DNA of 64,000 bases, from positions 4,249 to 68,248 of the forward strand of contig JAFYXG010000012.1 of assembly GCA_017546265.1 (NCBI GenBank), in the 5' to 3' direction. This DNA comes from Alphaproteobacteria bacterium. Lineage in GTDB: Bacteria > Pseudomonadota > Alphaproteobacteria > Rs-D84. The number at the start of each line of letters is the position of its first letter. Within the stretch, counting starts at the first letter, position 1. Positions 49,565-57,637 of the stretch are shown here, in pieces. Made by a program: the position numbers and the translations under genes. The notes under the pieces are model-generated. The model saw nothing but the letters and a program-made list of their open reading frames with translations. It was not told the origin of the DNA and searched no databases.

Positions 49565-50230
49565 TTAGAACCCTTTTGGCGTTTCCATTTTTACATTGGA
49601 TACCTTTTTATCCAAAGCAGAAACAACTTCGTCTGTGATATCCAAATTCGCAGCATCCGCACCCGTGCGTGCCATACGACCATCCAATACCAATGACAAA
49701 TTCTTTTTCGCAATTACACCTTCGATAATCGGATCCAGGTGCTTTGTCTGGATTTCATTTAATGCACGCTGATATGACATTTCAATACTTTGTGCACGTT
49801 CCGTCAAATCACGCTGTAATTTTGTAACCCGATTTTGATAGTCTACTACGCGGCGTTGTAAAGCCTCACGCGATAAGACATCCTGGGACTTTTCAATTTC
49901 TGCCTTTTCTTTTTCCAGGGCCTTTTGTTCCTTTTCCAATTCGTTGCGTAATTCGTTTTCGTATTTTTCCTTTTGTGAACGAAGATCTTTTAATGCAGAT
50001 GCCTGGGCCTGAATCGCGTCCATACGAATCACCGCAATACGTAAATCAGCACCATTGGCCGCATCTGTTGTTACCGCTTCCAACGATTCCGCAACAGTCG
50101 CACTAGAATTTGAATTTAAACGATATACAGCAAAACCGCCCAATACCGCAACCAATACAACCACCGCCGCAATGATACCGGTTTTCTTGTAATTCTTTAC
50201 AGCAGAATTTTCACTTGATTTTTTTACCAT
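49565..50230 (-). CDS. skp: OmpH/Skp-family chaperone with N-terminal membrane anchor
   Basis: RIAVIRMD, long coiled coil, LSLVLD...LDITDEVVSALD. Confidence 0.8.
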   Translation of the reverse strand: MVKKSSENSAVKNYKKTGIIAAVVVLVAVLGGFAVYRLNSNSSATVAESLEAVTTDAANGADLRIAVIRMDAIQAQASALKDLRSQKEKYENELRNELEKEQKALEKEKAEIEKSQDVLSREALQRRVVDYQNRVTKLQRDLTERAQSIEMSYQRALNEIQTKHLDPIIEGVIAKKNLSLVLDGRMARTGADAANLDITDEVVSALDKKVSNVKMETPKGF

Positions 50231-50304
50231 TTTCCATCCTTTGTTTTACTTGTTATGCCCAAATAATAGCAATACTTTTTTTGAAAGTAAAACAGAAAGT
50301 TATC

Positions 50305-50338
50305 AAAAAAAATCCCGCCATGTGGCGGGTGTTTTTTT
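50305..50338 (-). terminator. Intrinsic terminator
   Basis: CCCGCCA-TG-TGGCGGG flanked by A and T tracts. Confidence 0.7.
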
Positions 50339-51410
50339 ATTCAATAACAGGTTGTGGTGTTTCAGCCACCGGAACCGTTTCTGTCGTTTCAACCACCACA
50401 GCGGTTTCAGCAGCAGGTACCGACAATTCTGATATCAGTTTAGTTAAACGCTGGGCCGTTTCTGCATCGTTTAACGCAACAGCAATTGTATAAGAAGATT
50501 CCAAATCACTGCGTGCCGCGTCAACATTGCCCATCTGCAAATTTAATGCCGCAGATTTTTCAAAATACCCCATCGCATTGTTTGATAGTGATTCACGTTC
50601 TTCCAGTGTGGGTACACCCTGAATCTGTTCGGAAATTACACGAATCGCAGACGAATAATCATTTATTGCATCTGCATACTGTTGCAGGGCAGTGTATGCC
50701 TCGGCACGTTCCGCATAAACAGATGGATTTACAGAACCTTCTGGACGTGCCAATGAATTTGTGTAATCAGCAATCGCACCCTGCCAATTCTTTAACCACA
50801 AATTTAACTGACCACGTTTGGCATATAAATCACGCATCTGTAAAATCGGACTGGGGTTAGATGTGTTCGCAGCCAATGCATTGTTGATATCGTTCATGGC
50901 CGCATTATAATCTTCCAGGCGTGTGTTCAATAACGAACGGTCATAATACGCAACCGCATTTGCTGGGTCTTTGGCCAAGGCCGCATCAAAGTCAGCCATC
51001 GCTGCACGATAATTGCCAGACTGCATGTATGCTTCGCCACGTAACAAATAGGTATCAACCGATGCCGCACCCGCATCGATAGACGCAGTCAAATCCATTA
51101 TCGCTTCGTCTATATTGCCAGCCAATAATTTTGTTTTGCCACTGTCATAATAATCACCTGATTGCAATAAAACCTCTTCCGTGATTTCAATGTTTGATGA
51201 CGAAGTCTGCATGTTGTGCGAACGACCCAAAATATAAAATGTCGCAGCAATAAAGAATAAAATTATGAACCAATATACATAGATAGACAAAGACCATGGA
51301 TTAAAGCATGGCTTTTGCTTGTTCGCCTTGACTGTTGGCTTACTTGCCACAGGACGCACAGTTGTGCGACTTTTTTTGATTGCAGATTTTTTTGCAGGTG
51401 CTTTTTTCAT
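50337..51410 (-). CDS. Membrane-anchored TPR protein
   Basis: Basic N terminus, one TM, about six TPR repeats (YLLRGEAY, YYDRS, YAKRG, YAERA); start moved to ATG 51410. Confidence 0.85.
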   Translation of the reverse strand: MKKAPAKKSAIKKSRTTVRPVASKPTVKANKQKPCFNPWSLSIYVYWFIILFFIAATFYILGRSHNMQTSSSNIEITEEVLLQSGDYYDSGKTKLLAGNIDEAIMDLTASIDAGAASVDTYLLRGEAYMQSGNYRAAMADFDAALAKDPANAVAYYDRSLLNTRLEDYNAAMNDINNALAANTSNPSPILQMRDLYAKRGQLNLWLKNWQGAIADYTNSLARPEGSVNPSVYAERAEAYTALQQYADAINDYSSAIRVISEQIQGVPTLEERESLSNNAMGYFEKSAALNLQMGNVDAARSDLESSYTIAVALNDAETAQRLTKLISELSVPAAETAVVVETTETVPVAETPQPVIE

Positions 51411-51443
51411 ATAAATCTCCCTTCCTGTTATTATATTCAAATA

Positions 51444-52142
51444 TTAAAAAGATTTTTTTATCTCGTCAATCGTTTTCTGTGGTAATTGTTTAATTTTTCC
51501 AACGGGTAAATTTCCCAACTTTACATTACCATACGCAACACGATGCAATTTGCGTACAGGACACCCAACTGAACGCAATACTATTCTGACTTCGTTCTTT
51601 TTGCCTTCGGTAATTTTTACCAGTAATTGGTTGCCACCTATTTTTATTATTTCCATTGGTGCATAATGCACTCCGTCAACGGTCGCACCAGATCGTGCAA
51701 TATCTAATCCTGAAAAATCGTTCCCGTTTACAGTCGCAACATATGTGCGTACAACACCAGATGATGGTAACGTCATTTTACGTGCAAAATCGCCATCGTT
51801 TGTTAACAACAATAAACCAGTCGTTTTATAATCCAGACGACCTATGTATTTCAGATTCCTGTATGCCATCGGCAGACAATCGTATATCGTTCTGCGCCCC
51901 TGAGGATCTTTCGCTGTCGTCATTGTGTTTATAGGTTTATGATACGCATAAACCAATGTTTCAGATGTAGGACGAACAACCGAACCATCTACGGTTACAA
52001 TATCGCTATCTGATACAAAATACACCGGTGTATCCACAACAACACCATTTACACAAACTCGCCCATTACGTATCATTTCTTCGGCACTGCGGCGTGATGC
52101 AACACCGCTGTCTGCAATATACTTTCCAATCCTAGTCGTCAT
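51444..52142 (-). CDS. RsuA/RluB-family rRNA pseudouridine synthase
   Basis: S4 domain (GVASRR), GRLDYKTTGLLLLTNDG, EGKKNEVR. Confidence 0.92.
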   Translation of the reverse strand: MTTRIGKYIADSGVASRRSAEEMIRNGRVCVNGVVVDTPVYFVSDSDIVTVDGSVVRPTSETLVYAYHKPINTMTTAKDPQGRRTIYDCLPMAYRNLKYIGRLDYKTTGLLLLTNDGDFARKMTLPSSGVVRTYVATVNGNDFSGLDIARSGATVDGVHYAPMEIIKIGGNQLLVKITEGKKNEVRIVLRSVGCPVRKLHRVAYGNVKLGNLPVGKIKQLPQKTIDEIKKSF

Positions 52143-52800
52143 TTTGTAATAAAACCTGTGTTATGGCAACAACTGCAGCAACCTCGGCACGAAGAATCGT
52201 TTTGCCCAATGAAAAACCAACCGCACCAGATGCGTCCAGTGCTGCAAACTCTTGCTCTGAAAAACCGCCCTCGGGGCCTATTAAAATTGTTTCTGTACCC
52301 GATGGCAAACCCGTTGTCCCATGTCCGTGGGTGGCACGCTCGTCAGCAAAAACAACGGTTGATAAATCTAATTCTTCAAATCTGACCGTTGGTAAAATTT
52401 GCGGAACTGTGTTGCGATTTGACTGCTCGGCCGCTTCGATTACTATTTTACGCATGCGTTCCCAATTTATGTAATTGGCATTTGTCCGGTTCGTTATAAC
52501 TGGTACAAAACGTGCAACACCCATCTGAGTCGCCATGTTCAACAAATCATCCGTGCGTTTAATCGGTGAAAACATCAATGTTACGCCATTCGATGGGTCT
52601 GTGTGTGCGGTCTGTTCCCCTATAACCAATCCACGACCGTTTGACGATACGGTCGCCGTATATTCATTGCCATCACCAAATACCAGACAATGGTCTGTTC
52701 GCATGACACGAGTCAGATAATGCAGTACTTCGTTTGATACCGAAATCGTTGATCCTGGAACAATCGTTTCGCCAATAAAAATTCTGGGAACATTTTTCAT
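52132..52800 (-). CDS. rsmE: 16S rRNA m3U1498 methyltransferase
   Basis: HYLTRVMR, EAAEQS.R, IGPEGGFS, LGKTILRAE. Confidence 0.94.
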   Translation of the reverse strand: MKNVPRIFIGETIVPGSTISVSNEVLHYLTRVMRTDHCLVFGDGNEYTATVSSNGRGLVIGEQTAHTDPSNGVTLMFSPIKRTDDLLNMATQMGVARFVPVITNRTNANYINWERMRKIVIEAAEQSNRNTVPQILPTVRFEELDLSTVVFADERATHGHGTTGLPSGTETILIGPEGGFSEQEFAALDASGAVGFSLGKTILRAEVAAVVAITQVLLQNDD

Positions 52801-52855
52801 ATTTTTGTATTTCCGTATTTTTTAATGAACCTTTTTCTGATATAATATAAACACT

Positions 52856-55108
52856 ATGGCAATAAAATTCAACTTTTTATCAGCATCAGGCAAAGGAAAA
52901 GGACTGAACATTTTCCGTTCGTCCGCGTACAAGGAATTTGATCAAACACCCATGGCACGTGAGTTTTGGTCAATACGTTGGACAATCATAGTATGGTTAA
53001 TTGGGGCGTTGATGTTCGCTGCGTCTTTTCCAATTGAACATATATGGCGGTACGGCTGGTCGCCGGCAACAAAACAGTGGTTAAGTATATTTTTATCTAA
53101 CCTGATGACCAGTGGGGGAATTTCCGTTCTGGCAGAAATACCAGCGTGGGCAACACGATGTGTTATGCGACCAGACATCCCATGTATTACTCCACTGTTG
53201 CCAATTATCGGATACTATTTCCTGGCGGATTCTACGATGACAGATGAATTTAACCCGCACAGCAAAGATAAGTTTGATGAAAAGACTTCACGTAAAGCAA
53301 CCGCAGACGATATCAAAAAAATGTCCCAGGACTATAAAAATAAAGAAGGATTGTTCAAGGGATTTATGATGGTGTTAGGGTACTTTAAGGGAAAACCGTT
53401 AATGTTTGATGAATGTTTATCAACATTGTGCGTTGCCCCCCCCGGGACCGGTAAAACCAAGGGTGTTGTTGAGCCAACTATTTTAGAATGTGATAATGTT
53501 TCTATGATTATCAACGACCCAAAACCAGAATTAAAACAGACAACGTCTGGATATCGGTCAACGGTTGGCCCCGTATTCATTATGAACTGGGCCGGTCAGG
53601 ACGACCCAGCACGCGGAATATACTATCCTTCATGGAATCCATTGTCGCCGGGACACGTGCCGTTCAATGCCGAAGAACGCGATTTGTATGTCGATTCTAT
53701 TGCAAATACGCTGATTCCAGACCGTTCCAGCTCGTCCGCCGACCCACACTGGACAATCACAGGCCGTGCAGCACTGACCGGTTTTATCCAATTTATTATT
53801 TCCAAGGTTGAACGGGCCAAGGCAGATGATTATTTCTATGCACGTATTGTCAACGGCACATTTAATGCAGAAGATGCCGCCGTACTGGGGGATTACTATT
53901 TATCCATGACATCTGATCCGAATGCATATGCGGCACACGCATTGTTGCAACGTGGCGAACTGGACGCAACAAACTATGTACACGTTGGCACATGGGAAAA
54001 CATCCCAGACGCATGGCGTGGCCGCGAGGCATCTATGTCCATGATTCTAGACTGGCTGAACGCATCTCAAATTTCTATTGCAGAAGAAATTGAAAATCGC
54101 CGCCGCCAGGGCGACCAGATGGTGATGATGGCCGACCCGCAAAAGGATATGTTTATGAAGTCCGTGGACGAGGCACGCAGATACGCGTATTCCCATCGTG
54201 CAATCCAGGAATTGACCCAATTGGCCAGCACCCCAGACAAAGAACGTGGGTCCATTATGTCAACCGCATTGTCTGGACTGAACATTTTCCGTAATGCAGC
54301 CGTACGGAACAGAACCAGTCATTCTGATTTCCACTTTTCTGACCTGCGTGGTATGTTAGACCCACGCGATGGCAAGGTTAAGCCTGTATCAGTGTATCTG
54401 TCCATTAACATGGTAGATGCACAGGCTTTAAACCCAATTACTGCCATATTTATCGAACTGATGTCTAATTTCCTGTTGGCACATAAGCCGGGTGATATAC
54501 ACCAGGGCAAAGAAATGGGACCGTACCCTGTACTGTTCGCAATTGACGAAATGCCCAAAATGCAAAAGTTACAGGCCGTTATCCAGGGGCCAGATTTGGG
54601 ACGTGGACAGAAAATATCATACCTGATTATCGGGCAAGACCTGCATCAGATTGCAGAAAAATATGGCCAGGATGCCGCAGCAACCATTATATCAACGACC
54701 GCAGCAAAGATAGTTATGCGGCAAAACGACCCTGATACAGCGGAAAGTTTCTCGAAAATGATGGGGCACAAAATGAAAAAGAAAACCGTCAAAGGACCAG
54801 ACGGCAAAGATAAAGAAGAAACAACCGAAGAATTATTGTTTACCCCAATGGATATCATGAAAATGGATCCTGAAAAACAATTGGTTATTATCCAGGGACA
54901 CTATAACCGCCCAATCGAGGCAGATCAGGAAAGATGGTATAAAAACAGCACCGCCGCACAGAAAAAACTGTATGCCAAGGTACAAATGGGCGAAGCACCA
55001 CCATTGCCTGAATTTTTGGTACCATCTCATCACAGGGCACTGGGATATTCGGGTACACCACGAATATTCGACCCAAAAACCAAACAAATAAAAGAACTGG
55101 TATCATAA
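52856..55108 (+). CDS. virD4: Type IV secretion coupling protein VirD4/TraG
   Basis: N-terminal TMs, Walker A APPGTGKT, NDPKPEL, WNPL, DPHW, FSDLR, Walker B FAIDEMP, QDLHQIAEKYG. Confidence 0.9.
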   Translation: MAIKFNFLSASGKGKGLNIFRSSAYKEFDQTPMAREFWSIRWTIIVWLIGALMFAASFPIEHIWRYGWSPATKQWLSIFLSNLMTSGGISVLAEIPAWATRCVMRPDIPCITPLLPIIGYYFLADSTMTDEFNPHSKDKFDEKTSRKATADDIKKMSQDYKNKEGLFKGFMMVLGYFKGKPLMFDECLSTLCVAPPGTGKTKGVVEPTILECDNVSMIINDPKPELKQTTSGYRSTVGPVFIMNWAGQDDPARGIYYPSWNPLSPGHVPFNAEERDLYVDSIANTLIPDRSSSSADPHWTITGRAALTGFIQFIISKVERAKADDYFYARIVNGTFNAEDAAVLGDYYLSMTSDPNAYAAHALLQRGELDATNYVHVGTWENIPDAWRGREASMSMILDWLNASQISIAEEIENRRRQGDQMVMMADPQKDMFMKSVDEARRYAYSHRAIQELTQLASTPDKERGSIMSTALSGLNIFRNAAVRNRTSHSDFHFSDLRGMLDPRDGKVKPVSVYLSINMVDAQALNPITAIFIELMSNFLLAHKPGDIHQGKEMGPYPVLFAIDEMPKMQKLQAVIQGPDLGRGQKISYLIIGQDLHQIAEKYGQDAAATIISTTAAKIVMRQNDPDTAESFSKMMGHKMKKKTVKGPDGKDKEETTEELLFTPMDIMKMDPEKQLVIIQGHYNRPIEADQERWYKNSTAAQKKLYAKVQMGEAPPLPEFLVPSHHRALGYSGTPRIFDPKTKQIKELVS

Positions 55109-55138
55109 AAAACCGCCATTTGGCGGTTGATTTTTTTA
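55107..55138 (+). terminator. Intrinsic terminator after virD4
   Basis: AACCGCCA-TT-TGGCGGTT followed by GATTTTTTT. Confidence 0.75.
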
Positions 55139-55147
55139 TCAAATCAA

Positions 55148-55176
55148 TTGAATTTATACCGTCATTGCGGTATAAT
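55148..55176 (+). promoter_or_regulatory. Near-consensus sigma70 promoter driving the structured RNA
   Basis: TTGAAT(55148)-17 nt-TATAAT(55171); predicted TSS ~55182-55183. Confidence 0.75.
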
Positions 55177-55181
55177 AGTCA

Positions 55182-55392
55182 CGAATCCAAAGGGATTTGG
55201 GTTCGGGCCTTCGAAAAGCCCAGGTGTTTCGGTGCGTTCTGTACCGTAATCCGATGTAATATCGGTGCATTCGCACCGTTATTTTCACCCCAGCGTCTGT
55301 CGGGGTGCCGTTGTAATATATTGAAAGCAACGGGGTCTGAAACACTTGACTTTTCGAACACCCCGACCGCCAATCCCAATGGCGGTTTTTTT
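55182..55392 (+). ncRNA. Structured RNA of unknown class (standalone sRNA, divergent 6S-like RNA, or attenuator leader)
   Basis: Bounded by a promoter and a U-tract terminator; 10-bp GNRA hairpin, ~21-bp long-range closing helix and several internal hairpins; GC-rich relative to other intergenic DNA. Confidence 0.65.
55365..55392 (+). terminator. Intrinsic terminator ending the structured RNA, 28 nt before the next start codon
   Basis: GACCGCCA-ATCCCAA-TGGCGGTT followed by TTTTT. Confidence 0.75.
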
Positions 55393-55420
55393 GATGTCCG
55401 TTTTTTTTGGGGGGATAAAA

Positions 55421-56899
55421 GTGTTATTACGTTTCAACATTAGAAATTCAATCAGAATATGCAGTTTGTTTTTGTGTGGGGCACTGGTTACAAACCATGG
55501 ATGGGCAGCAAAGTGCGAACCAGGCAAGTACTGGGTTGAATGGGCACAACGATGCTATTGGTGTTCGAGTGTTCCTGGACTGTATTGTCCGGGCGATGAC
55601 CAGGCATACGATTGTCCAGATGGAAAATATCCCTTGGATATTGGGGCGACCAGTATAGATGATTGCCTTTGTCCACCAGGTACATATTGGAATGATTGGT
55701 CGATGGGATGTGATACCTGCGAATCTGGGTATTATTGCCCAGGCGATGAAGAAGATTACAGTTGTTATGATGTATCTTGGAGTGGATGGAGTTATACGGA
55801 TTCTGATGCAGGGGCCGCAAGTATTGACGATTGTTACATATCGCTAACTTGTGCAACATGTAATCAAACAGGTTGCCCGACCGGGTATGCCTGTACATAC
55901 CAAAACGCAAGTACTGAGTATAAAATTTATTATAAACAAATACCTTCCTGTCCCACCCCATCCGGCAATTGTGCCATTGCAACGCAGACCTGCAACACAC
56001 CGTGCTCCGCCGTACAAAACAATACCAGTTATGACGGAACCGAGGTTTGCACACGTGAATGCAATATAGAAAATGGAACCTGTTCTTATGTCGGGGCAAC
56101 ACGGTCCTTTACAGATACATGTGCCGGAAAATATACGTCTGATACCTGCCAATCGGCGGGGCAAACCTGTTCGGGATGTTCCCAGTGGACACGAACCCAG
56201 GAATCAGAATGTTCAGGTGGCACAATCGTAATAAATTGCCATGACGGATATACCCCAAATGCCGATAATACCGAATGTGTGGCCAATACCCCAAAATGCG
56301 GGGCCGGACAATATTTGGATGGTACGACTTGTGTGGATTGTCCCGCAAATTACCCGCTGTCAGACGGGGGCGATGTCGGGGCAGATGGCTGTTATAAAAA
56401 TATGGTGCACGCAGGAACACAAAACACATGCAAAAAACCAGAACACAGCGTTTCATATGCATGCGGGGTATGCACACCAGGTTTTTGCATTTATCGAGAT
56501 TATAACGAGATAACAAATGAAACCTGTGTCGCAGACGCATGCGATATGCCCACAATAAATGTCATTTGCGACAATGGGTACTATACAACCGGTGGGACAT
56601 GCGTAGCCTGTACAAACAAGCCCGCCAACAGTTCATATACCGGCAGTGCAACATCCAATGCATGCCCGTGGAAATGCAATGATGGATACAATCAAACCAG
56701 CGATAACACCTGTGTTCAATTGTGCGATTCTGGGATTACACATATCCACCTGCAGATTCCTTTGTATTCGGTGGCACAAACATCGCCGGCGATAAATGTC
56801 AGTGCAAATGGCACAGTATGCTATTCGGGATTGGTACCGGGGGCGGGTGCGGGGTTAAACGTAGACTATAACGGTACAACATATCATGCAACCTGGTGA
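55421..56899 (+). CDS. Secreted, very cysteine-rich protein with CPxGxY/YCPG (GCC2-GCC3/EGF-laminin-like) repeats
   Basis: GTG start behind GGGGGAT gives a signal peptide ending HGWAA; repeats YCPGD...GAxSIDDC, CGAGQY..C..CP, CNDGY. Confidence 0.75.
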   Translation: MLLRFNIRNSIRICSLFLCGALVTNHGWAAKCEPGKYWVEWAQRCYWCSSVPGLYCPGDDQAYDCPDGKYPLDIGATSIDDCLCPPGTYWNDWSMGCDTCESGYYCPGDEEDYSCYDVSWSGWSYTDSDAGAASIDDCYISLTCATCNQTGCPTGYACTYQNASTEYKIYYKQIPSCPTPSGNCAIATQTCNTPCSAVQNNTSYDGTEVCTRECNIENGTCSYVGATRSFTDTCAGKYTSDTCQSAGQTCSGCSQWTRTQESECSGGTIVINCHDGYTPNADNTECVANTPKCGAGQYLDGTTCVDCPANYPLSDGGDVGADGCYKNMVHAGTQNTCKKPEHSVSYACGVCTPGFCIYRDYNEITNETCVADACDMPTINVICDNGYYTTGGTCVACTNKPANSSYTGSATSNACPWKCNDGYNQTSDNTCVQLCDSGITHIHLQIPLYSVAQTSPAINVSANGTVCYSGLVPGAGAGLNVDYNGTTYHATW

Positions 56900-57020
56900 T
56901 GGAGGCATCTTTTTTTGGTGCGGTGCTTTTGTTGTCCCCCACCCCGTTGGGATGGAATTTTACACTATGGAATCATCGCATCAATTCCAGGTAGATAGGA
57001 AGTTTTGATGTTGCGAATAT

Positions 57021-57049
57021 AAAAAAAACCGCCATTTGGCGGTTTTTTT
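57021..57049. terminator. Bidirectional intrinsic terminator
   Basis: AAAAAAAACCGCCA-TT-TGGCGGTTTTTTT. Confidence 0.85.
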
Positions 57050-57596
57050 ATTTCGCAGGTGCGATTATTATCGATTTCGTACGTTCATCAGGCTTTGATT
57101 TTGATTCTAGTGTACCACGGTCACCAATAATTTCCACAATACGGGCAAACAATTCTGGAACAGCATCCTTGCCACGAGCCAATACTTTCTTGTTTCCCTT
57201 GGTCATGACCGATATTTTTACCTTGTTCCCGTCAGATAAAAACTCCAGTGCTTTTCGCATCTTGATGTTCAAATCGTTTTCTTCGATAAAAGGTTTTACC
57301 CAAACCTCTTTCATTTCGATGCTTTTTTGTTTCTTTTTCGCCTCGGACGCACGTTTTTTCTGTTCGTACTTAAATTTACCAAAGTCCATTATCTTGGCAA
57401 TCGGGGTCGCACCGTTCGCGTTTATTTCAACCAAATCCATGTCGGCGTCCATCGCCATCTGTAATGCCTGGGATGTAGGCATAACCCCCAAATTTTGTCC
57501 GTCAGAACTGATTACCTGGACCGATTTCGCAAATATGCGGTTGTTTATACGTGGGCCATTATCACGGCGATTATCACGATTATTTACAGGTTTAAT
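57048..57596 (-). CDS. infC: Translation initiation factor IF-3 (ATT start)
   Basis: PRINNRI, MDLVEI, KIMDFGKFKYE; SD AAGGAG 6 nt before an in-frame ATT at 57596. Confidence 0.93.
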   Translation of the reverse strand: MKPVNNRDNRRDNGPRINNRIFAKSVQVISSDGQNLGVMPTSQALQMAMDADMDLVEINANGATPIAKIMDFGKFKYEQKKRASEAKKKQKSIEMKEVWVKPFIEENDLNIKMRKALEFLSDGNKVKISVMTKGNKKVLARGKDAVPELFARIVEIIGDRGTLESKSKPDERTKSIIIAPAK

Positions 57597-57637
57597 TTTA
57601 TGCTCCTTTTTATTAAACTTGTGCGAATTATTAACTA

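Noticed and set aside
55299-55367. TPP riboswitch (CGGGGTGCC...CTGAAA...ACACCC resembles the P2/P3 half)
   Set aside because: CTGAGA is not intact, the pyrophosphate-sensing half (ACCTGATC...GCGNAGGGA) is absent, and the downstream gene is unrelated to thiamine
55120-55527. Short ORFs across the structured RNA (55120-55443 +, 55154-55345 -, 55179-55379 -, 55285-55527 -) and the 55346 start extension
   Set aside because: No SD or recognisable protein features; they cross terminators and the promoter; RNA structure explains the region better
52856-57050. ICE or conjugative element around virD4
   Set aside because: No relaxase, virB4 or integrase; flanked directly by rsmE and infC
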